Shown in pieces: positions 35,267 through 47,538 of a stretch of DNA of 64,000 nucleotides. The notes beneath the pieces are model-generated. The model was given only the letters and a program-made list of their open reading frames with translations, was not told the origin of the DNA and did no database searches. Source of the stretch: Marsupella aquatica (Eukaryota > Plantae > Marchantiophyta); contig OZ316897.1 in assembly GCA_973895155.1 (NCBI GenBank), forward strand, positions 17,642,457 to 17,706,456, in the 5' to 3' direction. Both the position numbers and the translations under genes were made by a program. The stretch's first letter is position 1. Every line of letters starts with the position of its first letter.

Positions 35267-35690
35267 TTTTAAGTTTACTAGGTTTGGTTAGAGTAAAAAG
35301 CCGATATCCAGTCATTACCCAGTCTGACAACATCCTTCTTTTAGTTCACTGTAAGTGGTTGGTCATGGTCAAATGAAACTCAGCCCCAATGTAAGGAGTA
35401 AATAAACACTTTAGAGCATCTCCAACGTTTATTAGGTTTGGTTAGTGTAAGGAGTAGATACCCAGTATGCCAGGATCCTTCCTTTAGTTCACTGTAAGCT
35501 GTGGTAGTCAGCGTCAAATGGACCTCAGCCCCAATGTAAGAAATAGATAGACACTCTAGAGCATCTTTAAGTTTACTACGTTTGGTTAGTGTAAGGAGTT
35601 GGTACCCAGTATGCTTTCAGTTTACTATAAGTGGTAGTCATGGTCAGATGAAACTCGGCCCCCAGTGTAAGGAGTTAATACCAACTCTGA
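35267..35690. repeat. ~145-bp degenerate tandem repeat, 3 copies, containing a Tourist-like ttaGAGCATCTCCAAC
   Basis: gtttggttag.gtaa...cccagt...agttcactgtaag...cagccccaatgtaag recurs near 35280, 35435 and 35580. Confidence 0.8.
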
Positions 35691-38600
35691 CTATTAGATA
35701 AGCTAGCCAGAAGTGCCACACATCACATCCATGAGGGGGTCTCAAACCTCAAAAGTTGATGTACCAGGTTACTAATAGTTAAAGTTGGATTCATAATTAC
35801 AAAATTCATAATCCATAAGTTTTTGGAGGAACCTTAAATAATCACCATATATTACAATACCCTATCCCCCCCCCTCAAAAAACTAAATAATTCTTTCAAC
35901 CCTTCATAAAAAAGCTGGTTTTTTAATGTCATAATCATCCACACATTGCCAAAAAACTCTCCCATAGCTCAATCAGCTTTATTGTCATTTACACTATCTA
36001 TCTTGAACCTGCCATATAGAAGACATGCCAAAAAAAAAAACCCCTTCTATCTCGAACCTGCCAGCACCAGCCTGAGATGAGAAAAATTTAAAAATCAGTT
36101 TGTTAAAAGATCTTTGAATATGAATAAAACATGAAAATGTTTATATTTATTTAAATATTGAGAATTAACTCAAATAGAAAGAACTAAAACAAAAACACTT
36201 TGCAGTTGTGCTTATTCTGCGATGTGGGGCATTCCCAATCCTTTATGTTTATCCTTGAGAAAATGACCACAACGACACATAAAATGCCTGAATACTTTTC
36301 TTTTTTGTCCCTCCTCGATCTCTAGCTTTGCATTGCCTGAACATCGTTCTCTTTGCATGGTCTAAACATCCTTCCCTCTCTTGGACATTTTCTGTGCAAC
36401 TCACAGACATCACGCTTGTATGCCATAATATTATGAATGATCTCACCCTGACCAGACGTCGCTGTAGAGGTTAAATAGACAGTGATAACAGCTAAAAATA
36501 ATTATGTACACAACCCTATCAGCCCCTCTGTGAACAAAGTTATGGCCAATTTCTTTGTGGCAACATTAAAACCATCACCTGTAATTGTGACACCTTTCTG
36601 GAGGTGTATTTCTAATACCAATACTTCTTGTCCATTGTGTGCTTCTCCATCTTTCTCCCTGGGGTGGACCACAATAGGCTCAACTAATCTGCACTGAGCT
36701 CATACTGTTTTGACAATACATTCTGACAATAGGCTCCGTGGTGATCACAGGAGACTTGAGCTATATAATACCTAGAATTCATATTATTTCGACAACAAGT
36801 TCAGCCAATTACACTAGATTAGGATGCGGGTATATTTGACAGTGTAACAGAATGTACCTTCGACGGTATTGTACTTCCCTTCAACCTCATGACCACTTTA
36901 TTTTACCCTTGAATATTATTTTATTTTCAATTGAGTAACTGGGTTTTGTCATTCCGTCAGTCATCAACTATAGTCCAATACTGAACTGGAGATTGTTCTC
37001 CAATCCCCATTCACTCTCCCATAGCTCAATCAGCATCATTCTCATTTACTCTATCCTGCCCCGTGGCTCTCCTGCTCCGTGTGTTGTCCCGTAGTCAATT
37101 TATGCTCAAACGCTCTCAAAAGAGTAAGCTACGGCAGCATTCCCAAGAGAGGGGGCGCAACCACGTCTGGATACCCGCAGATCTGTTCGGATCGAACAAC
37201 AGCGGAAATATCAAGAGCCGCCAACGAGCACTGATTGTCTGATAGATTTCTCACGGTCCAACGAACCTTGACTCCTCCATTGAGAACTGTCATGATCGTC
37301 TGCTGATCTGAGTTGGCCTGGACAGTCATGATTCATCTGCTGGTGTGCAGCGGGTTGGTCGACTGGTTGGAGACATATAGCATGCGATATTAATATATGT
37401 ACAGCTCCAAACTTATTTCAGTTGATGCCTTGACATTTGATTTTCCCAGTTTGAAATGAAGAATCTAGGTACACGAGACTCCGACGTGTACGTAGTGAGA
37501 CCATATTGACAGAAAGCTGGGAACAAAGAAATGTGACGGATATTACTGACTATGTGCGGGACCTACGCGAGACCATGACTAGAGGGATGAAGCTCAAACA
37601 AAATGAAGATAACTCTCGTCATCATATCGTCTTGACGGCCGGCTATATTAAGAGGTTAGACAGTTCTGAATATATCAGAACGAGCCTGCTTTTATCACTC
37701 GATCATCAGTTGATCGACGATAATACAACAATAAATTATGGAGATTCAGAGGGCCATGGACCGAGATTGAATATATCGAGGATTGTAGGCAATTCTCAAC
37801 TGGACGTATTTAGAAGAAATTAACCCATCAATCACTATCCCTCTGGAAAGAATGAATAGATGAATCCGGACAATTTGTTCCATAGCTCTTCGATTTACGA
37901 GGGAATCACGTAGTACGTAGCTTTATATCCACAGTTGTTTGTTAAGAGCACGGTGACCACGGTGATGACCAAGTGGATCATCTCTGCGACTTTTGCCAAT
38001 ACAATTGTCGGAGTAAACGGCGAAGCTCCATGAGTAATCGCCGTCGTAGCCACAAAGCCTCTTAATTTGCAAGTTAGGGAGTAAGCAACGTACTCGGCCT
38101 CAGTACGTGGAGGACGTGGCGATAACAGGTTGCTCATGCCCACTGCTAATGCTTTCTTGGTCTCGTTGTGTTACCCTAACACTAAGCAGTGCTGCTGTGG
38201 AGTGTTTGTGAGGCCAAGCTGTAGACTGCTTCGATCCGCTGCCTCCCTCTAGACCCTCGGACCCAAATCTTGCTCGGTGTTAAGAAGGATTTGTTTGTCA
38301 AGCAGTTCTTGGATGGTGCCAGGCGATCCGAGAAGGACATGGGTCCTAAGGCAACAGAAGACATGAGTAATTGGCCAATACCTGTTGAATTACTCCCAAA
38401 AATACTACAACCAGTACTCTTCCAAAACTCACTAAGCACCTATCAACAAATCCAATGTAGACTCTCTCTTAGCTAAGAGTTCAGGTCATATAGAGGGAAT
38501 TGCCGAGTATCCGCACCTGTCAATTGCCATAGAGGGAATTGCCTCAGACTATCCGCCCCTGTCAAGGCCATTCGCATGCAGGAAGTTATCGGGTAGTGGA

Positions 38601-39706
38601 GAGAACGGCCCACGGACATGAAATGGCCTGTGAACTACCATGAAGCCCACCCCATACTACACATCGAAGTTCTGGCACGTCTGCAATTCCAGTTCCCCGA
38701 GAGAGGAGACAGGAAATAGCCAAGTGTGTCGATCTCCTCATGAGGCATGCAATGCCCAAGTCAGTTTGATACAGCGCATTGAAGCCGGCGGGATGGTGCC
38801 TGCTTCTAGACTATATTATGTCAGCCCGGCATTGAATTTCAGTAGGCCGATAGGACGCCTAGTCTGATGGCTGGGTGCAACGGATCATCGAAAATTACAA
38901 GATGCTCTTATAAATCTATCTATTAGTGAGCCCTGATTGCGCTTGTAAAAAATGTAATACAACTGCAATTTCGGCATGAAATTTCAAGGAAGAGTACTCC
39001 ATTGCAGTAAACAACGGCTTGCTATTGGGTGCACTTATGTTGAGGTTACTTTAAACCCTAATTCCTAAATCAAGAGTTCCAGCCCCCTGAACCCTAAATC
39101 TGGTCTGTGCTAGCTCTTTAAACCGTAAATCAAGTCTGTGCTAGCCATGCATAACATGGACATAAAATGATGCATGCGTCCGACTGGGTCTACGGTACAG
39201 GGTTTATTTTTTATTTTGAATGTATGGAGTAGTGACTAACCGTGCTAAATATGAATAGTGAAATAGTTCCTAAGTGTCAGCCAAATCTAACGGTCCACCT
39301 GTGGTAACACAAGCCCGATCTAACTAGTCTAGGAAATTAAAACACCTAAGTTGCAATAATTTAAGAATCCTCTTAGCACCACTTTCAACAACCTTGTGAC
39401 TTGTAGGATTGTTGACTTGTTGTACTGAATTTCAGCAGATAAACACATAAAATTTTCTCTAAGCTTCCCTTTGAACTCTATACTGACTAATGATGGGTTC
39501 TTTCTCTCTGCGTAGGTTCACTTTGAACTGACTAATGATGGGGTTCGTCTTAGAGGCACTATTTAAGGGCATGAACATCCCCTTTAGCTTCGTTCAGTCT
39601 GACATGTGTTGCTTGACTGTGGCTCTATCGTTTTACAAGCTAAGTATCTCGTGCCTGCTTCAGCTTGTCGTCAGCTCCTCGGTCTTGAATTGCCTTGTGT
39701 ACCAAG

Positions 39707-41230
39707 ATGAAGATTACTTCCACTTACGGCTCTGGTTCCTACGATGTCACGAAGGAGTGTTGCGGTCGTGGGAGGACCATTCGGTGCCCAGTCTCTTCCA
39801 GGACTCGTGGAAAATGCGGCTCTAAACCTTCGACGGGTTCTTTCAATGACACTGTTTCTTGCGACTCGGAAAAATACACTACGTCTGAAAGCAGTGACAC
39901 TTCTTACACCACGTCTGAGAGCAGTGCCACAGATTCTTACGATTCCGAGAGTTACACCACCTCTGAAAGCAATGACGCAGATTCTTACGATTCAGAGAGT
40001 TACCCCACTTCTGAGAGCAATGACACAGATTCTTACGATTCAGAGAGTTACCCCACTTCTGAGAGCAATGACACAGACTCTTACGATTCGGAGAGTTACA
40101 CCACGTCTACGAGCAGTGACACAGATTCTTACGATTCCGAGAGTTACACCACCTCTGAAATCAATGACGCAGATTCTTACGATTCAGAGACTTACCCCAC
40201 TTCTGAGAGCAATGACACAGACTCTTATGATTCGGAGAGTTACAGCACGTCTGCGAGCAGTGACACAGATTCTTACGATTCCGAGAGTTACACCACCTCT
40301 GAAAGCAATGACGCAGATTCTTACGATTCAGAGAGTTACCCCACTTCTGAGAGCAATGACACAGACTCTTACGATTCGGAGAGTTACAGCACGTCTGAGA
40401 GCAATGACACAGATTCTTACGATTCGGACAGGTGCACCACGTCTGAGAGCAGTGACACAGATTCTTACTATGCTTACACTCCTGAGAGCAATGACACAGA
40501 TTCTTCCGCTTCGGAGGGTTACAACACTGCTAAGAGATATAACACAGATTCTTATGGTTCGGAAACTTACACTACCTCTGAAAGCAGTGACACAGATTCT
40601 TACGTTCGGGGGAGTTTCACCACCTCTGAAGACAGTACAGGTCAGTTTTCCGACACGTCCACCGATTCCGATTCCGTCTCAGGTTCGGACAGTTACACCA
40701 CCACTGAGAGCAGTGCAGATCAGCTTTCAGACGCTTACACCACCTCGGAGAGCAGTGCAGATCAGCTTCCAGACGCTTCCACCGATTCCATTTTCGGCCC
40801 AGAGCTGGACAATTACAGCAGCTCTGATCAATTTTCAGACACCTCGGCAAATCCCATTTCCAGCTCGGATTACACTTACACACCCAACGACTCAGAATCG
40901 TCTCAGTGTAGAGTCCCGGATCGGGCCACAGATAGGAACTACGACTCCAAATCTGGCAGAGAGTATTCGCCACATTTGTCAACGGATGAGAGCTCCATCT
41001 CCAGCTACAAAGCAGATTATTCTCCTACTTACGTGAGCAGCACCGACACCACTCAGAATGCTCCTAAGAGGCGGAAAGGGAATCATCTGGTTGAGGATCA
41101 TAGCAAATCTGAGAGCTTTCGGGAGAGTCGGTCTGGCAGCAGCTATTTTACAAGGACTTGCTCTTCCTCAAGGGAGCAGCTCCTATTGCCCAAAAACTGC
41201 TTGGTACTATGGCAGCACGACAAGCAATAG
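39707..41230 (+). CDS. Intronless acidic Ser/Thr/Asp/Tyr-rich protein of unknown family (paralog B, ~507 aa) with PKRRK motif and 16-aa repeats
   Basis: 511-codon open frame (first ATG 39707). Homologous to paralog A outside the repeats (STDESSISSYKADYSPTYVSS...NAPKRRKGNHL vs STDENSFSSFEADYSATYLSS...NAPKRRKGNHL). Confidence 0.68.
   Translation: MKITSTYGSGSYDVTKECCGRGRTIRCPVSSRTRGKCGSKPSTGSFNDTVSCDSEKYTTSESSDTSYTTSESSATDSYDSESYTTSESNDADSYDSESYPTSESNDTDSYDSESYPTSESNDTDSYDSESYTTSTSSDTDSYDSESYTTSEINDADSYDSETYPTSESNDTDSYDSESYSTSASSDTDSYDSESYTTSESNDADSYDSESYPTSESNDTDSYDSESYSTSESNDTDSYDSDRCTTSESSDTDSYYAYTPESNDTDSSASEGYNTAKRYNTDSYGSETYTTSESSDTDSYVRGSFTTSEDSTGQFSDTSTDSDSVSGSDSYTTTESSADQLSDAYTTSESSADQLPDASTDSIFGPELDNYSSSDQFSDTSANPISSSDYTYTPNDSESSQCRVPDRATDRNYDSKSGREYSPHLSTDESSISSYKADYSPTYVSSTDTTQNAPKRRKGNHLVEDHSKSESFRESRSGSSYFTRTCSSSREQLLLPKNCLVLWQHDKQ
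39902..40620 (+). repeat. Coding minisatellite of 48 bp (SYTTSESNDTDSYDSE): 11 near-perfect plus ~4 degenerate units
   Basis: gattcttacgattc recurs at 48-bp period (39932, 39980, ...). Confidence 0.95.
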
Positions 41231-41837
41231 GAAGAGACATCGTTGTTTCTGAGTGAATGATTTAGAAACACTGTGGACATTGAGCTAGCTTGTTTCACCA
41301 AGATTTCGATGTGTGGTCCACTGAGCTTTGAAATTGGGGCCGGATCATGCATGAAGAGCATCAGCGACGATGATGGATATGAGTCGCGTGCTAGGAGACA
41401 TTAGCACAGCTTTGGTTCCCCTTTTGTATATAGTTTAGGTGAAAGCCCAGTGCTTACATTTGGGACTAATTTGCGGCCATTTTGAGGTATTAGTATTTCC
41501 TTCAGTTTTCTTCTGTCATTGGCGGCTACCGGAGTCAGCTCTGTTAATTAGGGATTGTGGTGAGGGAAGTTTCCCCTATTTTACCTGCCTGGGGTAAATT
41601 TCTACATGGCTTTATGCTGTACTGTACAGGTCAACTCGGCTTTTCTTTTAATCTCTAGACGTTCTTGTTTAGGACTTCTCGGAGTGTATATATGTAGGCG
41701 CCCTATCCCGGGTGGCCCAAATTTTGTGCCGGTTCTTCTATCTTGTATAAAGCTATTATTAAAGGAGAAAAAAGTGTACATAGGCTGACTGTTTTTGAGT
41801 GGCCATTGAGGGCATTTTAGCAAGTATCCGATTCGTG

Positions 41838-42045
41838 ATCACTCAGCTTTTGAATTGGGGCAGGATCATGTTGGGCGTGAGTGACGATGATGAATAAGAC
41901 TTTCGATGTTTACTTTGGGGAATTAGCATAGTTGTGTCTCAAACATATTGTAGATGAAAGCCCTATTGCTTATATCTGACTGGCGCATGTCTAATACATC
42001 GCCATACAGACTGTCTAGTTGTGTTACGTCCTTCAGTTTTGTTTC
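41838..42045 (+). repeat. Diverged second copy of the 3' flank of paralog B
   Basis: cactcagcttttgaattggggcaggatcatg...gacgatgatg...gaaagccc...tccttcagtttt matches ~41318-41510. Confidence 0.75.
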
Positions 42046-45000
42046 CGTCCGTCGTCCTTCGACCTTAGATTCGACCTTAGATTATAGTTATTGATTTCTT
42101 GAGGTTGTAAATAGGCTCACCGGTGGCTTACGTAGTAGCAACTACGCCAGTGCTGCAGAATGTTTTCTTGATTGTAAAGGCCTAATGAATCGTTTCATGA
42201 TCTACTATGAAGTGTATTCTTGGTGGAAGCATATATTGACATACTTTCAAGTATTTAGAGCAAACTAAAGATAAGAGCATTGGGTTGTGGATTTCTGAAG
42301 AATTGTGCAAAATGGGCTTAGATCACAAGAGTGGATTGCTTCAAACCTTAGTCCAGATTCTGAATATTAATTCGTTACTTTACGTGAGGATAGTTTGGAA
42401 GCAAGTCCAAACTGGGTCAGAACTACATTTTGGGCAATGTCATAAGATATGTTAATACAGATGAACAGAAAATTAAGACTGCAAACACTGCTGGGGCATT
42501 AGTTTTTACTATTACCTAGCGTAGAAGTATCGCATAAGCATTTGTCCTGTTTGAGGAGCTATAGTCCGGCTATAGTGCAGGATTTCTGTTTTAATTCATT
42601 TTTTAATTGACATGTAACTTTATTTAGTGCTTTTGCAGTTTGTGTTCTACTGGGCAGACTGTCTGTAACAAACTAAGGATCCGCATTCGAAACAAACATA
42701 TGTAATTTTGAAGCTAGCTGGTTAGGCTAATCATTATAGGTTTATTTTTCTAGCCTAGTGGTTATCATTTTTGCAATAAATAGTTCACCCGTGGTTGGCT
42801 TCTACCTCTGCCATTCATTATTGCAAAAATGTACCATTTGATTGCCAAAATGTACCATTGAGCTAAACGTAATGGTTTGAATTAGTCACTTTTTCCCAAA
42901 AAGCAAACACAAAGTACCAAGCGCCTCATCCTTTATTAGTTATGCTCCAGGCCACCGCAGGCCCGCCGCCCCAGTAGACGCCTTCGTACCCAGCATGCAT
43001 ATGAGCGTTAATGTCTGAGGACTGGCTCATTAAAGTCATTGATGCTTCAAACAAAATTAAAAAAAGGCAAATACACTATGAGAAACAGTTGCTGGAATGG
43101 AAGAGGTGCACCAAGTTAGTAATAATGTGTCTCCGGCGACAATTGAAGTCGGGATAGCTGTTTGAAACCCGGATGGATTGTAGCAAAACCTTCTTCTTCC
43201 CCAAGGTTCTCAATTATTTTCCTCAAACCCATGCACAAAATATTAAGTATAAGGTATTTTTACTGGGTTTAGTAAAAGACTTGTAAATTTTGCGAAATAA
43301 TATTAGAGGTGTTTTAATCCAACTTTGAGGATTATAAAAACTCATAGGATTTCTTAACCAAATTTGAAAATATTCCTAAAATATTCAATAAAATTATGGA
43401 TGGAGAAATAATTTTGAAAGGCCTTTTTTCCTTAATTTTTGGGTGGTAATCTGTTACCTAGAAATGTTACACCTGATATGGACCCTCCTTGGAGTGAGGC
43501 GCTTAAGCTTTTTGCTCATATAGTATAGATTACACAGATATTTCAGGGAATGAGACTGTTATGTCAATGAATGAGACGATTATCTTTGAAATTTTCCATG
43601 CCTCTCAGTTCTGAATGAAATTGACAACGTTAGCCAGGTTCATTGGAATGATCATCCCAGGGCCTGTCTATGAAACCCAAGAAAATAATGTCCCATTGGA
43701 GTAGACATTGAGGGAGATAGTGAATGTCAGATTTAACTGCTAAATTATTTTTTTGAAATAAATAAATAAATGAAACCCTTTCAGAAGATTGAAGTTTGGC
43801 CAGTGAGTGATGGCCGGAGTGATCTTTAGAAATTCTTAGCTCTCTCAATATTTTATCCAACTCAATATCTCAGACTGGTTGAAAAATTTATTCAAAACCC
43901 ATGGGTTTGGAAGGATTGGAGCCTCATTCTTCCAAGTGTGCTAACTTCCAAGTTGAGCCTTTCTTCATGAATAGAGCTTTGTTTCAGTGTGGGTATGATG
44001 TGAGTGAGAAGAGTGATCTTTATAGCATGTACTAGAGCAACATTAGACAGGATTTTGCTGTGTATAGATCTGGATTCTTACAAGGCTGATAGCATATCCA
44101 ACAGGGTAGCCTTTCATGAGATTACATGGACAACTCACTATGAAAGCAATCATTGTCAGTGAAAGCAATCATTGTCACCGGTTGTGCGTTTGGCTACTTT
44201 TTCCACATGGTTGTGTAAAAGTTATTCTTAGTTTTTTTCACTCACTGGCTTTTACATTAACTTGTATATGGTCATGGCATATGATCAATCTTTTTGGCAA
44301 AGGAAAATGCATATTAATTTTTAGTCCATAACTTTAGGTGTGCGTGCATAACCATTAACCTAATAGTTAAGGTACATTAACTTTTGAGGAAAAGGCCTGT
44401 ATTGTCATGCTTGCATTGCAGTGGTCATTAAGAACAACAAGGAGGCGACCACTTTATAACACTTCCTAATAGGATATCTCAATCGTTCTTTAATCTTTCC
44501 TCCTTACAAGTGATAGGTTTTGGCTATAAGGTTGTGGCATACTATGATTCTTTACAACAAAACATTACAGATGGCAAATTTGGTAGTCCATAAATTTTTC
44601 TTGTCCCCAAGCTTAACCTAGTAGTTAAGGTACATGAGGTTTAAGACCCCATATTGCCAACCTGTTGGTACAAATTGCCACTAATTGGTTCCACGAAGAT
44701 TGCAATCATGGTCGTTAGGAACAAAAGGGAGACAACTATTTTATAAAGTCACTAGTAGCTCTTCCAACACGACTGAATCTTTTGCCCCCTGTTGGACAGC
44801 TTTACACAAGAGATGTATACTTGATGGAAACCAAAATGGATAAGTCCATCCCAGCTATGGAAATCCATGTGGGATTCACAACGAACCCTTCAGTCCATAC
44901 TACTTGATAGAACCCATGAGTGATCAAAGTACCCAAAAACTCATGGTGGTCCATCAAATAACACTGTTCAATTTAGGGATTGGGGGGCCCATCAGGTACC

Positions 45001-45565
45001 TATCTCTTTGGCCAAGCATTTAGCTCGAGAACCAACCACTGTACTACACTTTTCAAGTTTAGAACAATTGTCAACATTTCATTCTCTCGAGCCCGCAAAT
45101 GCCTCCAAATATTTTTTCTGGGCATACTATTTTGTGCATACAATTCTATGCATACTATTCTACAAAATACACTGTACAATACTAAAGAGAGTGCATTTGC
45201 AACACAATTCAGTTTTTGTGACCAAACCTCTTTGGTCACGGGCCTGGTTTGTTAAGTGTCAATTTGGGGTTGAAGCTGGAGAATTCCCACATGGCAGCTG
45301 CTCGTCAGGTTTAGAGCTTTCCGTCTTCCACATGCCACACGCTATGGCGAACTGACTGATCATCCAGCTCAACGCACCAGTGATGCTCTCTCTGCCGTGG
45401 TGTGGAAGCATGCACACGAAATTGTCTCTTGGCTGGGCTTCATCATCGGTCGTCGTTTTAGGTGGAGATGGAGTTGGGCAGCTGAATTGTTGTGATCGAT
45501 TGTCTCGCAGAGTAAGGAGCTACTCCCTATCGGCCTTCAAGCCCTGCTTTCAATTCGCAGCAGCC

Positions 45566-46747
45566 ATGGCCTCTAGTGCTGCTGGTGCTGAGGGCTCAGG
45601 CGGATCGGCAAAGGAGCAGAAGCATGTGGTGATCTGCGGAGCTGGGGTGATTGGGTCGTGCACGGCCTTCTTCCTTGCACAGAAGGGAGCGAAGGTGACA
45701 GTGGTGGAGAAGACTGCAGTGGCTTGCGCTTCATCAGGCAAGGCCGGTGGATTCTTGGCTCTGGATTGGTCTGATGGCAGCCCACTGGGAGCCCTAGCAA
45801 GGGCAAGCTTTCAGCTGCACGCGAAACTGGCTGAGGAGCTGGACGGTGCCAGGTATGGTTACCGGCGTGTGGACACCCTCAGTGTGGCAATTGAGGAGAA
45901 TTCCCGACCCAAAGGCAGGGGAGTGAGTGGTCCAGCATGGATTGATGGAGCTCCCAAGTCCATCAAGCCCATAGGATCAACCAAGACCACTGCCCAGGTT
46001 CACCCGGAGCTCTTCACGAAGAAGATTCTGTCAATTGCAATGGAGAAACATGGAGCACAGCTGGTCACAGGGGAGGCCCAGGAGGTGAAGGTTGAATCGG
46101 AAGGAGGCGCAGCCCGTGTGAAGGGAGTGGTTGTGAGTGGGGACTTCATAGCAGCGGACTGTGTTGTGATAGCTATGGGGCCCTGGTCAGCTACCAATTC
46201 GTTAATTTCGTCGCTTACCACTATCTCACCTCTAAAAGCTCATAGTATTGTACTGCGTCCGAAGGATGGGGATGCAATTACACCACATGCGCTCTTCCTT
46301 TCTTACACGACGAGGGAGGGCAAAGCAATGGACCCAGAGATCTATCCTCGAGCAACAGGAGAAGTGTACATCTGCGGCATGTCGGAGGAAGTGCCACTTC
46401 CAGCAGATGCGGCCCTGATTGAGCCAAGAAAGGAAGCGATTGCTATGCTGCAAAGAGTGGCCACCACCGTTTCGAGCCAATTTGCGGATGCAGAACTGAC
46501 ACAGGAGCAAGCCTGTTTCTTGCCGTGCTCTGAGGATAGTTTGCCACTCATAGGGAAGATTCCAGACGTGGAGGGTGCTTATGTAGCTACAGGGCACAGC
46601 TGCTGGGGTATCCTCAACGCTCCTGCGACAGGTGCATCGCTTGCAGAACTCATAGTGGATGGCGTTTCGAAGACGGTGAACCTCAAGCCCTTCGATCCTT
46701 CCCGTTTCAGCAAGACATTTGCGAGTGGGATGAAGCTGTTCCGTTAG
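45566..46747 (+). CDS. FAD-dependent oxidoreductase, DAO/glycine-oxidase family (TDA3-like), 393 aa, intronless
   Basis: HVVICGAGVIG (GxGxxG), ACASSGKAGGFLALDW, TTAQVHP, DPEIYPR, QACFLP, ATGHSCWGILNAPATG. ATG in good context (gccATGG). Confidence 0.93.
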   Translation: MASSAAGAEGSGGSAKEQKHVVICGAGVIGSCTAFFLAQKGAKVTVVEKTAVACASSGKAGGFLALDWSDGSPLGALARASFQLHAKLAEELDGARYGYRRVDTLSVAIEENSRPKGRGVSGPAWIDGAPKSIKPIGSTKTTAQVHPELFTKKILSIAMEKHGAQLVTGEAQEVKVESEGGAARVKGVVVSGDFIAADCVVIAMGPWSATNSLISSLTTISPLKAHSIVLRPKDGDAITPHALFLSYTTREGKAMDPEIYPRATGEVYICGMSEEVPLPADAALIEPRKEAIAMLQRVATTVSSQFADAELTQEQACFLPCSEDSLPLIGKIPDVEGAYVATGHSCWGILNAPATGASLAELIVDGVSKTVNLKPFDPSRFSKTFASGMKLFR

Positions 46748-47538
46748 AGTATGGCATTCATTAGGTCTCAGCTTTAGGAATTGGAATGTGTCAGGTTGTA
46801 ATTAATTTTAATTTCATCAAACTTACAAAAGGAAACTCCGAAGTTCTTCACGACTGTCGATCATACTAGACGACATTGTTAGGAAACTGATTGTGGAAAA
46901 GAAGCATGACCGACCCCATTGTTGAGGGACTTCCATCTGTCTGCACACGTTATGATTAGTTTCAAGGAGACAGTCGAACCTTCAAATCAACCCTCTGGGT
47001 TATATTTATGACGAGATTAGATCAGATACGACGACGATTCTGTAGAGCGAACAAGGAAGGTCAACGAGCTTTCATCCCCTCAATCTCAAGAATCATGAAT
47101 TTTAGGCGGTCAGTGGGAAGGCTAAGATGCAAGCTCTAAACAATTGCTCCTTTGCATGTACTCCAGAAAATTTGCGAAATTTGGTGAATAACCTTTTGCC
47201 CTTGTTTCCCAAAATATACTCCCCTACAAAAAGATCAATCCGTTCCGAAAGTCTCATCATAGCCAGAGGATTGGAGTTTCAGTCATGCGAAACTACCGAG
47301 GTGTGACCCACCTTGCGCTGTTCCTTGGGTGATTACTCTTTTCAGTCGTTCTTCAGTCCTTTCATCCACCTCATCGGCTCAGAAGTCATAAGAACTCGAG
47401 CCCACAACGCCAACTCAAGGTCTCCATTTCCACGTGGAGGGCGGCAGTACTTCCCGTGAGCTTCAACCTGATCAAGAAATCTCTATTTCCAGGAGATGCG
47501 GACTTTGCAAAAGTTCGACATACAATCTTCGCATACGA

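Noticed and set aside
37129-38476. Short ORFs with faint resemblance to WAK-associated or thaumatin-like Cys motifs
   Set aside because: Too short and degenerate, with no consistent frame or exon structure.
39902-40620. Regular repeats superficially like a CRISPR array
   Set aside because: Contiguous in-frame units with no unique spacers, no cas genes, and a eukaryotic context.
39744-41036. 430-aa overlapping ORF in the +1 frame of paralog B
   Set aside because: Mostly a shadow of a 48-bp repeat lacking stops in that frame. The equivalent frame in paralog A is broken into pieces (4485-4721, 3861-4451, 3381-3647).
45380-45565. In-frame N-terminal extension of the oxidoreductase
   Set aside because: The ATG at 45566 has better context and directly precedes the conserved domain. 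A targeting peptide cannot be excluded but is unsupported.
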